Assembly (NCBI GenBank): GCA_038321985.1
Contig: JBBQFN010000007.1
Coordinates: forward strand, 32,001 to 96,000
DNA length: 64,000 nt
Source of the DNA: Cyanophyceae cyanobacterium
Lineage (GTDB): Bacteria; Cyanobacteriota; Cyanobacteriia; Cyanobacteriales; Laspinemataceae
Reading direction: 5' to 3'
Shown here: piece by piece, positions 1-10,531 of the stretch
How positions within the stretch are numbered: the stretch's first letter is position 1
Layout of the letters: every line of letters starts with the position of its first letter
Notes under the pieces: model-generated
Databases searched by the model: none
The model's input: the letters and a program-made list of their open reading frames with translations, nothing else
What the model was told of the DNA's origin: nothing
Position numbers and translations under genes: made by a program

Positions 1-270
1 GAGCTCTCATGCCGTGAGGTTTTAAAGAGTGATCAATCAAGGAAGCGATCGCCCGAATATCTCCTTGTTTTGCTTGTGCCTGCAACTTTGCCGGTGTCAT
101 CCTCCTATTCCCCCAGGTCCTGCACGCCACAAATCACCGCAAAGCGAAACCCTTGTTCACTGGGGAATAGGTTTGCCTGGACCGTCGCCCTAAAGTGGGT
201 TACTTTTAACCCTTCACCCTGAGTTGTAGATTGCATCGGCAGTATTTCCTTTACGCGCTTCTTTTTAAGT

Positions 271-1044
271 TTAGCTTCGTCGATGAACCAGCGTAGCATT
301 CGCCTGATCCACGGGTACCATCAACACCTCGCTAATATTCACGTGGGGGGGTCGAGTCACGCAAAACAGCACTAAATCGGCAATATCTTCCCCGGTTAGG
401 GGGGTTAAATCTTGATACACCTTTTCCGCGCGATCGCGATCGCCATGAAAGCGCACAATACTAAATTCCGTTTCCACTAAACCGGGTTCGATTTCAGTCA
501 CCCGGAGTGGAGTGCCGATTAAATCTTGCTTCAAACCGTCCGAAATTGCCCGTACAGCAGCTTTTGAGGCACAGTAAACGTTCCCCCCTGGATAAGCTGC
601 TCGACCGGCGATCGAGCCAATATTCACCACATGACCTCCTTGGCGCTGCACCATTCCCGGCACTACCGCACGAGTCATATAAAGCAACCCCTTCACATTG
701 GTATCGAGCATTTCCTCCCAATCATCGATATTGCCTTCATGGAGTTTAGATAATCCGCGACTGAGACCGGCATTATTGATTAAAATATCAATGTTATTCC
801 AAGGGTCTGGAAGACTGGATAAGGTTACGTCAACGGCTTGGCGATCGCACACATCCAAGGCTAATACATGACTCGGAGTCTGATACTGTTCTTTAAGCTG
901 ATTCGCTAATTCCTGCACCCGTTCCAAACGCCGCGCTGCCAAAATTAAATGAGCACCCGCCTGTGCAAAGAGTTGGGCGCAAGAGGCCCCAATCCCACTA
1001 CTCGCCCCCGTAATCAAAACAATTTTATCTTTAAGTGAAACCAT
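271..1044 (-). CDS. Short-chain dehydrogenase/reductase, YdfG-like NADP-dependent
   Basis: TGASSGIG Rossmann motif, NNAG, catalytic YCASK, C-terminal PPHVNISE typical of the YdfG subfamily. Confidence 0.9.
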   Translation of the reverse strand: MVSLKDKIVLITGASSGIGASCAQLFAQAGAHLILAARRLERVQELANQLKEQYQTPSHVLALDVCDRQAVDVTLSSLPDPWNNIDILINNAGLSRGLSKLHEGNIDDWEEMLDTNVKGLLYMTRAVVPGMVQRQGGHVVNIGSIAGRAAYPGGNVYCASKAAVRAISDGLKQDLIGTPLRVTEIEPGLVETEFSIVRFHGDRDRAEKVYQDLTPLTGEDIADLVLFCVTRPPHVNISEVLMVPVDQANATLVHRRS

Positions 1045-1137
1045 AATTACTGCTATAGCGCGTCTAAATCATTTTGACATAGAGATAGCAAGCATCTTGC
1101 TCCCTATCTCTATTAGGCTTCGGATCCATTGTCAAAC

Positions 1138-1773
1138 TCATTTAGGGTCGTTATATAAACTGTTATCAACTGCCTGTTTAAAGGTATCAGAGAAATGGCG
1201 AGGGGGTACACCTACCATTAAAGCGGAATCATTTCTGAGGTGAATTTCTACATCTCGCCGGCGAGAGCAAAATGTACTGGCTTCCTCTAACAATCGAGGG
1301 GTAAGAAAATGCACCCGTTGATTGGAAGAACCGCGCCAGCCTTGATTATCGTTGAGTTCGGCGATATAAAGACCATCAATTAACACATCAATCTGTGACA
1401 GTACCCGGGCGATCGCCGGATCAGACTTCCCTTGTAACTGTTCGAGGGTAAACCCGGTATAGCAGATAATTGAACAATCCACTTCTGCAAACAGTTCACT
1501 GAGTGCCTGTGCCTGTAACATCGGTTCTCCCCCAGAAACGGTTAACCCTTCTATCCCGGGAACCGATAAAATCTTTTCCGCCAACAGTCGCGGTTCTACC
1601 CAAGTCCCTGACACCTGGGGAATCCAGTCGGGAGAGATACAACCGGGACAGTTAAAGCAACAGCCTTGTACCCAAAGTACAAATCGTTGACCCGGGCCCA
1701 GGGTGCGCGTAGCAGGACAAAGTTCTGCCAGGTTAAGTAACGTCATGGTTTCGGGGTTGGGGGTATCGTCCAT
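1138..1773 (-). CDS. Radical SAM / 4Fe-4S single-cluster protein, NrdG-like activase family (start 1773 or 1746)
   Basis: LGPGQRFVLWVQGCCFNCPGC (CxxxCxxC), SGGEP, DVLIDG, WRGSSNQR motifs. Confidence 0.85.
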   Translation of the reverse strand: MDDTPNPETMTLLNLAELCPATRTLGPGQRFVLWVQGCCFNCPGCISPDWIPQVSGTWVEPRLLAEKILSVPGIEGLTVSGGEPMLQAQALSELFAEVDCSIICYTGFTLEQLQGKSDPAIARVLSQIDVLIDGLYIAELNDNQGWRGSSNQRVHFLTPRLLEEASTFCSRRRDVEIHLRNDSALMVGVPPRHFSDTFKQAVDNSLYNDPK

Positions 1774-1829
1774 TGTCAAGGGAAACCAATTCCCGTATTT
1801 TTGTCATGGAACTCAAAGGGAACAAAATC

Positions 1830-2471
1830 ATGGCAATTTATTTAGATTCAGCGATCGCAGCAGAAGCAGAAGTGGCCCAAAAGATGGGCTGGGTCAAAGG
1901 AATCACCACCAATCCTACCTTATTAGCAACCAGCGGATTATCTCCAGAAGCCACCTTGAAAAAATTGGTCACACTCACATCGGGGCCGCTATTTTACCAG
2001 CTTATGGCGTCCGATTTTCAGGGAATGGTCACCGAAGCCCAGCAAGCGCGGGACATTATCGGCGATCGCACCATTTTGAAAGTTCCAGCTACTCCAATTG
2101 GGTTTGAAGTCGTCGCGCATCTATCCCCAGACATACCTTGTTCCGTCACCGCCATTTATAGTGCCGCACAAGCCGCAGTGGCAAAAGAAGCCGGGGCAAA
2201 AATGGCGATCGCCTACGTCAACCGTGCCACCCGATTATTAGGGGATGGGATAGCCTTAGTGCGATCGATGGCGGATATTTTACAAGGCAGCGAGGTAGAA
2301 ATTCTCGCGGCTAGTATTAAATCCCCAGAAGAAGCCGCCGCTTCCTTACAAGCCGGGGCGCATCATTTAACTTTACCCCTCGCCATGTTGAGAGCGATTT
2401 CCTCCCATGAACTCTCGCAACAAACCGTAGAAGAATTCAATAAAAAAGGGATGGGTTTAAGTTTGTCATAA
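1830..2471 (+). CDS. Transaldolase/fructose-6-phosphate aldolase family protein (short type)
   Basis: MAIYLDSA start, GITTNP, LKVP, ILAASIK motifs; ATG at 1830 avoids overlap with the divergent gene. Confidence 0.9.
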   Translation: MAIYLDSAIAAEAEVAQKMGWVKGITTNPTLLATSGLSPEATLKKLVTLTSGPLFYQLMASDFQGMVTEAQQARDIIGDRTILKVPATPIGFEVVAHLSPDIPCSVTAIYSAAQAAVAKEAGAKMAIAYVNRATRLLGDGIALVRSMADILQGSEVEILAASIKSPEEAAASLQAGAHHLTLPLAMLRAISSHELSQQTVEEFNKKGMGLSLS

Positions 2472-2618
2472 CCTAAGTCAACATCCGATTATAATATTAG
2501 GACTGTGAGCGAGATGCTGAGTTTAAAATTAGCGAGCCTAATGGCGGTTTTAAAATTAGCGATCGAGATGCTCGCACTCCTTTTTTAATATCCGGGATAT
2601 CCGCAATCAAAAAGGAAG

Positions 2619-3026
2619 AGGGCCCCAACTGCTCATGACCCATTTGCTAAACAATATTTAGAGGAGTTATTAGCCTATCTCGGACAAGTCCCAACCCGTC
2701 GTGATGTTTCCACCCAAGTGCTACAAATCGACGTTGATTTCGTCCCTGCCGCCACCCCCTCTACTGTGCCGGAAAACCTGGGAGTTCTAGGACAAATGGC
2801 AAGCACAACCGGTTTGTTTGAAGTGTCTAAAAATCCTCCCACCCCCGTAGAGATTAGGACCTGCAAACTCAAACTCTACTCCCTGCAAGGGGACCTATTG
2901 CCACAAGAGCGACCAGAAAAGAAGTCCCTAGGTGAATCCGACTTATACGAATTCTATCAATCCTGGACCGGATTTATTTTTAAAAGGGGGGTTAAATCGT
3001 GCCGAAAAGCAGGGAGAATTGATTAA
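2619..3026 (+). pseudogene. Truncated member of a repeated cyanobacterial family starting HDxFAKQYLEELL
   Basis: In-frame HDPFAKQYLEELL...QIDVDF...LGQMA...LFE begins at 2634. The expected start position reads AGG, and similarity is lost after about 110 codons. Confidence 0.6.
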
Positions 3027-3092
3027 TAAGTATTAAAAAAAACCCTTACAGAAGGCTTACTGTAGGGAGCTTTTTCTTGCTAATTTTCAGTT

Positions 3093-3536
3093 TTAATAGG
3101 TTTCTTCATACACAACCTGGTCACCATTGTTGGTCACCCGAAAATAGTCCCCCACGGTGTACACAAGTTCACTTCCATCTTGATCATAGGTCGTCACCAC
3201 ATACTCTCCGTTCCTGGTTGTTGTGACGTCATAATATCTATTGCTTACATCATTACCCTGGTTATAATCCACATAGTAATAATTCCCCTCTCCATCTTCA
3301 CAAATAGAGATGATATAGTTTTCAGTCCTGTATTCATCAAGTGAAACATCCTCTGGGACGCAAAGGCTATCACTTTGCGCCATCAACATTTCTCCTGACG
3401 GGGCAAAATTAGAGTCCTCGGTAATACCAGAGGAAGGGGCCACAGCTAGCAACGGCAATCCTGGTATCAATAAACCAAAAACTGTACCCACTATAGTGGA
3501 AAACTTGCAACCTTTAACCCAAAATTTTGAGGTCAT
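3093..3536 (-). CDS. Hypothetical secreted acidic protein
   Basis: 147-aa ORF with a hydrophobic signal-like N-terminus and a Tyr/Asp-rich domain (YRTENYIISIC). Confidence 0.7.
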   Translation of the reverse strand: MTSKFWVKGCKFSTIVGTVFGLLIPGLPLLAVAPSSGITEDSNFAPSGEMLMAQSDSLCVPEDVSLDEYRTENYIISICEDGEGNYYYVDYNQGNDVSNRYYDVTTTRNGEYVVTTYDQDGSELVYTVGDYFRVTNNGDQVVYEETY

Positions 3537-3883
3537 TTTGTTTTTCTTTATTTTAGTTTTAACTTTTTAATCTTATATTTGTTTTTTGGTAATGTCAAGC
3601 GCAATTTTTCGTAGGTATTTATAATTGTTTTATGAAGTTCTCGTACAGCTTTTAAAAGCGGGGAACATATTTATTAAAAATGTATCCTTTTCGTCGTACC
3701 TCTCGGATAACCCTTGCCTACTCAGTAAGCGAAACAATTAATTAATAAAAAACCCGGCAGTGACTGGAGGGAATTTACCGACGGTTTAAAGCAATATTAC
3801 GCGAAAAATAGAAAATATAGTAAAAAGACCCACTGTCTTAATCAAGCATAACTTACGCTTTCTTTGAAAAAAGAACCCCATCT

Positions 3884-3908
3884 GTAGGGGCGATTCGAGA
3901 ATCGCCCC
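3884..3908. repeat. GTAG-headed REP-like palindrome
   Basis: gtaGGGGCGATTCgaGAATCGCCCC, perfect 10-bp stem just downstream of arfB. Confidence 0.6.
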
Positions 3909-3919
3909 AAAAAGGATGA

Positions 3920-4333
3920 TTAATCCGTAACCTTCCGTCTCGCGGCTTTAATCTGTCCCCGCTTGGTTTTGCTGTCGAGACGCTTACGCTGAGAACTGCG
4001 CGTGGGTTTGCTTTTGAAGCGCTTTTTAGGCACGGCAACCGCACTTTTTATGAGCTCTTGCAAGCGCATCATGGCTTCAGTGCGGTTTTCTAACTGACTG
4101 CGAGATTCTTGTGCCTTGATAATAATCACACCCTCTTGGGTAATCCGATGATCGCTGAGAGTTAATAGGCGATTTTTGTAGCGTTCCGGGAGAGAAGATG
4201 CTTTGATATCAAAACGTAGATGAATCGCGGTTGCCACCTTATTGACATTTTGCCCCCCTGCCCCTTGAGAACGAACTGCACTAATTTGAATCTCGTTCTC
4301 CAGGATACTGACTGTGTTAGAAATTTGTAGCAT
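3920..4333 (-). CDS. arfB: Alternative ribosome-rescue peptidyl-tRNA hydrolase ArfB
   Basis: RSQGAGGQNVNKV (GGQ), RSQxxN, basic tail KPTRSSQRKRLDSK. Confidence 0.95.
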   Translation of the reverse strand: MLQISNTVSILENEIQISAVRSQGAGGQNVNKVATAIHLRFDIKASSLPERYKNRLLTLSDHRITQEGVIIIKAQESRSQLENRTEAMMRLQELIKSAVAVPKKRFKSKPTRSSQRKRLDSKTKRGQIKAARRKVTD

Positions 4334-4560
4334 AGTTTATGAATAAAATGAAAACTTTATCGGGTTGTGTTCCGCAAGTTGTTAGATAAATGGTAGCCGA
4401 TAACAGTTCCATTATAAATCATCAAGGAATCGGGCCGTTAACGAAAATGTTGGCTCAACCCGGAGCCTCTATCGGGAGAATTTCGACTCTTCCTGAATGC
4501 TTGTAGTAAAATGGTTAATTAATTGCAAAATTTATCAGCCAAAATAATTATCAATTAACC

Positions 4561-5544
4561 ATGACTAAACCACTTGAGGGCAGAGTTGCAGTAGTGACTG
4601 GGGCAACCCGGGGCCTCGGTAAAGGCATCGCCATTGGACTGGGTGAAGCGGGGGCGACGGTGTATATTACAGGCCGCAGTCTTGACCCCTCAGAGGGGGA
4701 AAATAGGCTGTCTGGGAGTCTCAAGGAGACAGAAGCGGCAGTTGAAGCGGCGGGAGGGTTATGTATTCCAGTTCAGGTGGACCACAGTGATGATGACCAA
4801 GTGCGATCGCTCTTTGATCGGATTAAAGCTGACTTCGGACAGATTGACTTGTTGGTTAATAATGTGTATTCCGGCGTTCAAACCTTAATGAATGCTCAGG
4901 GTACACCATTCTGGGAGAGTGAACCCAGTTTTTGGGATGCCTGTAACAATGTGGGTCTTCGGAGTCACTATGTGACCAGTGTATTAGCAGCGCGAATGAT
5001 GACCCAGCGGCAGCAGGGTCTCATCTGTACGATTTCCTCTTGGGGAGGGCTCTCTTATATTTTTGGAGTGCCTTATGGGGTGGGGAAATCTGCGTGCGAT
5101 CGCCTCGCTGCTGATATGGCGGTGGAACTCAAAAAGTATAATGTCGCTTCGCTTTCCATTTGGCCGGGGATTGTAGGAACTGAGCTAATCTCCAGTATGG
5201 CAGATCAAATGGCCTCAAGTGAGACGGACGATCGCCAATTTTCTGGATTCCGAGAACGTTACAACTGGGAAACGCCTCTACTCACGGGACGGGCGATCGC
5301 CGCTTTAGCCGCGGATCCTACAGTGATGCGGCACACGGGTCGGATGCAGATTGTGGCGGAACTAGCACAACGTTATGGACTGGTAGACGAAGATGGCACC
5401 TGTCCTGTCTCGTTGCGGTCCCTGCGCTTCCTGCTCCCCTTTGCGGTCCCTGGATTGAGACCTTACTCCGGACTGGTTCCCAATCTTAACGTGCCTTGGT
5501 CTCTACTGCTGCTGACTGCGCTGGGTTCACCTCGTCTGGGTTGA
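4561..5544 (+). CDS. SDR oxidoreductase, DHRS1-like
   Basis: TGATRGLGKG, VYITGR, VGLRSHY, YGVGK catalytic motif. Confidence 0.9.
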   Translation: MTKPLEGRVAVVTGATRGLGKGIAIGLGEAGATVYITGRSLDPSEGENRLSGSLKETEAAVEAAGGLCIPVQVDHSDDDQVRSLFDRIKADFGQIDLLVNNVYSGVQTLMNAQGTPFWESEPSFWDACNNVGLRSHYVTSVLAARMMTQRQQGLICTISSWGGLSYIFGVPYGVGKSACDRLAADMAVELKKYNVASLSIWPGIVGTELISSMADQMASSETDDRQFSGFRERYNWETPLLTGRAIAALAADPTVMRHTGRMQIVAELAQRYGLVDEDGTCPVSLRSLRFLLPFAVPGLRPYSGLVPNLNVPWSLLLLTALGSPRLG

Positions 5545-5558
5545 AACTAGATTTTTAC

Positions 5559-6635
5559 TCAAAAGGTGACAATGGCTTTTTGCTGCGATCGATCATGTTG
5601 TTGTTGCGCTGTAGCTAATTCCCGGTCAAGTTCGGCTAAATTATTCTGAAAAGTCTGAATTATACTAGCCATTTTTTGCTGATTTGCTGGTAATATTTGT
5701 CCTAAATCGACATTAGTTTGATAATGGGTTTTTAAATGATTCACAATTTCATCAGTCTGTTTTTGATACTGATTAAAATCGGCGATCGCCTGGGCTAATT
5801 CCGTTTCTGCTCTCCGGTAGGCTTCCTGTTGTTCTGCTAATTCGGTTAACAAGGGAGGTAAAGCTGTTCCGAGGCGCTGGCATTCGGCTTTCGTTAAAGT
5901 GATGAGTTGTTCCGTCTTTTGTTGCGTCCGGCTTTCTAGGCGATCGCGGCGCTGTTGTAGTCCTTCCAGTTCCTGAGAAACTTGGCTATGCTGACCTTTT
6001 ATGGCCTCCATTTGAGCCTCAATTTCTGATTGTTGGTGCTTTAAGTTTTCTAGCTGCTTGCGGTCTTCTTCTAAAATAATCTTTTGATTCAAAATTTCCC
6101 GGCGTAACGCTTCTAAATTCGTGGTTTCTAGTTCTTGTTCAATCCCTTGAAGTTCTGCAAAGGTTTGTTTTAACCCCTGCAATTCTTCCCTGGCTTGACG
6201 CAGTTCCCATTCGCGACTGTACAGAGTGCCGGCTGCTTGCAAAAGTTGAGCTTTTTCCGTGGTAATTTGGTAAATTTGGGCCGTGCGATCGCTGATTTTA
6301 TCGGCTAATGCCGGAGGAGTGGTCAGTAGCGGCAACCAGGAATTTAAAATGGCGAGTTGAGTTTCCAGAGTTTGACTCAAGGCGATCGCCAAAGATTCTA
6401 AAGTATCGGGATCCTCCATCGCCAGCGATCGAAGCACCTCTGGGGAAAAAATTCCTCTCCAAAGTTCCATTCCCCGTTGCACCAATTCAAACGGTAAAGC
6501 AACAGTTTCAAATTGATAGAGAGACGATAAAAAACTCGTCTCTCCCTCTTCAGAACCTAAACCTAAGTTTTGAATTTGCTCTAATAAAGTAGTGATGTTA
6601 TTGAATTGTTGTTGGAGGTTTTGCGGTGGGGTCAT
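5559..6635 (-). CDS. Long coiled-coil hypothetical protein
   Basis: Q/E/L-rich heptad pattern from MTPPQ (ATG at 6635). The longer ORF-track start overlaps the next gene. Confidence 0.7.
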   Translation of the reverse strand: MTPPQNLQQQFNNITTLLEQIQNLGLGSEEGETSFLSSLYQFETVALPFELVQRGMELWRGIFSPEVLRSLAMEDPDTLESLAIALSQTLETQLAILNSWLPLLTTPPALADKISDRTAQIYQITTEKAQLLQAAGTLYSREWELRQAREELQGLKQTFAELQGIEQELETTNLEALRREILNQKIILEEDRKQLENLKHQQSEIEAQMEAIKGQHSQVSQELEGLQQRRDRLESRTQQKTEQLITLTKAECQRLGTALPPLLTELAEQQEAYRRAETELAQAIADFNQYQKQTDEIVNHLKTHYQTNVDLGQILPANQQKMASIIQTFQNNLAELDRELATAQQQHDRSQQKAIVTF

Positions 6636-6715
6636 ATCCTGAATTAAGTAAATTCCTTTTTCCAGAATACAGAAAAACTGTGACAAGTCATTGAACTTAG
6701 GCTTTAAAAGGGAGG

Positions 6716-6979
6716 CTACCGGCGATTGGCTTCCGGGGTTGAATGTTCTACGGTGACTAGACTGGATGCTTTCGTGCGATCGAGGTTTTCTTGTTCCCAC
6801 TTGATCAGATCTTGCAGCGCTTTCCAAGAGGGGGTAAATGCTGGACTGGCTAATGAACAGGATTTCCAGGTTCCTTGGACAGGGACATTGAGTTGCTGAC
6901 AAGCCCCGCCCCGTCGTCCTTCTGGCTCGTAGTAGCAACAATTTCGACAGCAAGAAGTTAGAGAATTTAAGGGTTTCAT
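6716..6979 (-). CDS. Small Cys-rich conserved cyanobacterial hypothetical protein
   Basis: CCRNCCYYxPEGRRGGxCQQLxVPVxGxWKxC pattern. Confidence 0.7.
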   Translation of the reverse strand: MKPLNSLTSCCRNCCYYEPEGRRGGACQQLNVPVQGTWKSCSLASPAFTPSWKALQDLIKWEQENLDRTKASSLVTVEHSTPEANRR

Positions 6980-7373
6980 AACAATGTTTTGTTTAAAGGT
7001 CTGCTAATAATTTAATCCTGCTTTCTTTTTAGTTACTGAATGAATTGATACCATTTTGGTTTAAAATTTATTAAAAATTGTAACGATTTTATTCAAGTAG
7101 CTGCTATCATTCAAGGTTTTAAAAAAATTAAAATGTAACCCAAGATACTAATCCAGAAATTCAGGAGGTGGGAAATCTGCTGAAGGAGTTTCCCTGATTT
7201 CCATTCCCGGACCCAGGGGTGCTAAACCTCCCGGGCCCAGGGCGATCGCTCCTTGAACGAGAGTGATTATGGTACTCTATAAACTACCCCAATTATCAGG
7301 GGCATCTGTTACATCTCTCCTCGGTTGCATCGCCGTAGGACATCCCTCAACCCCTTAACCTTGCGACTTGCGT

Positions 7374-10300
7374 ATGAAAATCCTTCATGGCACTTGGATC
7401 CCAAACGACACCAGCGAGTTCATTCGTCAGGGTCAATTTTACCTCTGGGTCGAAACTATTCCTAAACCCAGCCGCAAAAAGCCAAGTTTACGCCATCCCG
7501 CCCATTTAGAAAAAGCGGAATTGGCAGAATTTTTGCGAGCAAATTTGGGAATTCCTGAACTCTGCCAAAATGGCATCAAAAATCGGATTTCCTCTCAGTA
7601 TTTTATTCTGCCCACTACGGGTGATCAACCCTTACCTTCCGTAGAACTATTTCGTTACCTAGAAGATGAACCCCCAGAAACCTGCGAATTTTATCCCTGG
7701 GAAATTGATTGTTATCACCTCGAAGATATCGTGAAAGGCGATACTGTAAAATCGGTAACTAAAACCTTAAATTATTTACACTTTATCGCCATTAATAATC
7801 TAGCAGAGGTTCAGCTTGGCGCGGATTTAATGTTTTGGTATCAGTACAGTCAATCCTTTAAACAAGTTATTCTCAAAGACCAATACATTCCGGCTTTAAA
7901 ATATGCCACCCTAACCTCCACCACTGGAAAAGGGAAAAAAGCTCAAACCGTTCAAACCGACGAATATTACTCCAGTTGGGAAATTTTATCCCAACAATAC
8001 GAAACCGATATTCAGCAGTATAGCGAGGCGATGCCCTTGGCCTGTGTTGCGGGTTTTGCTGTAATTCCTACACCCTTAAAGTTGTACGAACGGTCCACTT
8101 TACTGCGCCATTTTTCTGAATGTTTATTAAATAATTTAATCGGCGAAACTCCCCTTCCCCAAACCGTCTCCAAACAGTTTGATGACTCTTTTATCTACAC
8201 CAGTAAAAGTAGTAAAAAAAGGTCCGATGTTTCCCGCGAAATTTACCAGCAGTGGTCCAGTTGGAAAGGCCGATTATCCGGCGCACAATTAACAGCACCA
8301 TTTTACCTCTGTTTTCAACTCCAAGAAGGAACCGCAGAAGAACCCGATTTGTGGCAAATTGCCTTTGTAGCTTCTTCTAAAAAAGACCCCTCTCTAAAAC
8401 TTCCATTAGAGGAATATTGGAGTCTGAGTAAAACTGAGAAAAAGACCTTTTACAAAAACTTTGGGGCTGACTTTGAAAAAAATCTCCTGTTAAATTTGGG
8501 TTATGCCGCCCGGATGTATCCTCTCCTGTCCAAAGGGTTAGAAACGGACCGTCCGACGAGGTTAGATTTAACCTTGTCAGAAGCTTTTGAGTTCCTTAAA
8601 GAAAGTGCCTGGATTTTAGAAGATTCCGGCTATAAAGTGATCGTTCCCGCTTGGTGGACCCCAGAAGGGCGCAGACGTGCGACCCTCCGCCTGAAAGCCT
8701 CCTCTAAAAAGAAATCAGCAGGACAAGCGAATAAAGGTCTGTTTAGTTTACAGCACATCATTCAATATAAATATGAGCTTTCTATTGCTGGACAGCCGGT
8801 TAGTGAAGCGGAATGGAATCAACTGGTTGAAGCGAAAACTCCCTTAGTCCAATTTCGCGGGGAATGGATTGAGTTAGACCCGAAAAAAATGCAGCAAATG
8901 TTGGAATTTTGGCAGTCTCATAAAGATGAACAGCCAGAAATGTCCTTGCAAGAATTTATGCAGAAAATCAGCGATGCCTCGGATGAAATCGAAGTAGAAC
9001 AGGATGAGGTATTGGCGGAGATGATGGCAAAACTGCGAGATAGTAGCCGTCTGGAACCCATTGAAAATCCGGCGCAATTACAAGGGATGTTGAGAGAGTA
9101 TCAAAAACGCGGGGTTGCCTGGGTGCAATACTTGGAACAGTTGGGACTCAATGGCTGTCTCGCTGATGATATGGGGTTGGGAAAATCATTGCAAGTGATT
9201 GCCTGTTTGGTGTTAGAAAGAGAGGGAGGGGAAAAGCCTTTGCCGACGTTATTAATTGCCCCAACTTCGGTAATTGGCAACTGGCAAAGAGAGATTGAAC
9301 GGTTTGCACCCCATATCACTTCAATGGTGCATCACGGCAGCGATCGCCTTAAAGATGAGAAGGAATTCAAAGCTGAAAGTTTAAAACATGATGTGGTAAT
9401 TACTTCGTTTACTTTGGCCCGAAAAGATGAAAAACTGTTTAAGGGAGTAAACTGGCATCGGGTTGTGGTGGATGAAGCGCAAAACATCAAAAATCCTCAA
9501 TCCGCACAAACCAAGGCGATCGCCAAACTGCCCTCCACCCATCGCCTTGCTTTAACGGGAACCCCCATTGAAAATCGGCTGTTAGATTTATGGTCAATTT
9601 TCAATTTCCTGAATCCCGGCTATTTGGGGAAAGAAGCCCAGTTTCGCAAGGGCTTTGAAATGCCGATTCAAAAAGATAATGACCCAATTAAATCAATCAC
9701 GTTAAAACGATTGGTGGAACCCTTTATCCTACGACGGGTGAAAACGGACCGTTCGATTATTAAGGATTTGCCCGATAAAGTCGAACAAAAACAATATTGC
9801 AACCTCACCAAAGAACAGGCTTCCTTATATGAAGCGGTGGTTAAAGATGTGGCAGAACAGTTAGAACAAGCTGAAGGTATTCAGCGCAAAGGGTTGATTT
9901 TATCTACCTTGATGAAACTCAAGCAAATCTGCAACCATCCCGCCCAATTTTTACAAGATAACAGTGAGTTTTTACCCTCGCGATCGCACAAATTGGAACG
10001 GCTAGTGGAGATGATAGAAGAAGTCATCGCAGAAGGAGAAAGCCTGCTAATTTTCAGCCAATTCACTGAAATTTGTGGGGCATTGGAGAAGTATCTGAAA
10101 CAAACCTTTTATTACAAAACCCATTATTTACATGGGGGAACCCCGCGTCAAAAACGGGAAAAAATGATTGCCGAATTTCAAGACCCCGAAACCGAACCCT
10201 CCATCTTCATTCTGTCTTTAAAAGCCGGTGGAGTGGGGATTACCCTGACTAAAGCGAATCATGTATTCCACTTCGATCGCTGGTGGAACCCGGCAGTCGA

Positions 10301-10526
10301 AGATCAAGCCACCGATCGCGCCTTCCGAATTGGACAAGACAAGAATGTGTTTGTCCATAAATTTATTGCGATCGGCACCCTGGAAGAACGGATTGATCGC
10401 ACCCTGGAAGATAAAAAGCGCCTCTCCTCGGCGATCGTCGGTAGCGATGAATCCTGGTTAACTGAACTGGATAACGACAGTTTCAAACAACTGATTGCCT
10501 TAAATAAACAAGCAATTTTGGAGTAA
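7374..10526 (+). CDS. SNF2-family (SWI2/SNF2) DEAD/DEAH helicase with N-terminal DUF3670-like region
   Basis: LADDMGLGKS, DEAQNIKN, LTGTPIEN, SLKAGGVG, DRWWNPAVEDQATDRAFRIGQ. Confidence 0.95.
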   Translation: MKILHGTWIPNDTSEFIRQGQFYLWVETIPKPSRKKPSLRHPAHLEKAELAEFLRANLGIPELCQNGIKNRISSQYFILPTTGDQPLPSVELFRYLEDEPPETCEFYPWEIDCYHLEDIVKGDTVKSVTKTLNYLHFIAINNLAEVQLGADLMFWYQYSQSFKQVILKDQYIPALKYATLTSTTGKGKKAQTVQTDEYYSSWEILSQQYETDIQQYSEAMPLACVAGFAVIPTPLKLYERSTLLRHFSECLLNNLIGETPLPQTVSKQFDDSFIYTSKSSKKRSDVSREIYQQWSSWKGRLSGAQLTAPFYLCFQLQEGTAEEPDLWQIAFVASSKKDPSLKLPLEEYWSLSKTEKKTFYKNFGADFEKNLLLNLGYAARMYPLLSKGLETDRPTRLDLTLSEAFEFLKESAWILEDSGYKVIVPAWWTPEGRRRATLRLKASSKKKSAGQANKGLFSLQHIIQYKYELSIAGQPVSEAEWNQLVEAKTPLVQFRGEWIELDPKKMQQMLEFWQSHKDEQPEMSLQEFMQKISDASDEIEVEQDEVLAEMMAKLRDSSRLEPIENPAQLQGMLREYQKRGVAWVQYLEQLGLNGCLADDMGLGKSLQVIACLVLEREGGEKPLPTLLIAPTSVIGNWQREIERFAPHITSMVHHGSDRLKDEKEFKAESLKHDVVITSFTLARKDEKLFKGVNWHRVVVDEAQNIKNPQSAQTKAIAKLPSTHRLALTGTPIENRLLDLWSIFNFLNPGYLGKEAQFRKGFEMPIQKDNDPIKSITLKRLVEPFILRRVKTDRSIIKDLPDKVEQKQYCNLTKEQASLYEAVVKDVAEQLEQAEGIQRKGLILSTLMKLKQICNHPAQFLQDNSEFLPSRSHKLERLVEMIEEVIAEGESLLIFSQFTEICGALEKYLKQTFYYKTHYLHGGTPRQKREKMIAEFQDPETEPSIFILSLKAGGVGITLTKANHVFHFDRWWNPAVEDQATDRAFRIGQDKNVFVHKFIAIGTLEERIDRTLEDKKRLSSAIVGSDESWLTELDNDSFKQLIALNKQAILE

Positions 10527-10531
10527 AAATC

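Noticed and set aside
6636..6953. N-terminal extension of the 464-aa ORF 5559..6953
   Set aside because: Overlaps the better-supported Cys-rich gene 6716..6979 on the same strand; coiled-coil composition only begins at the ATG at 6635
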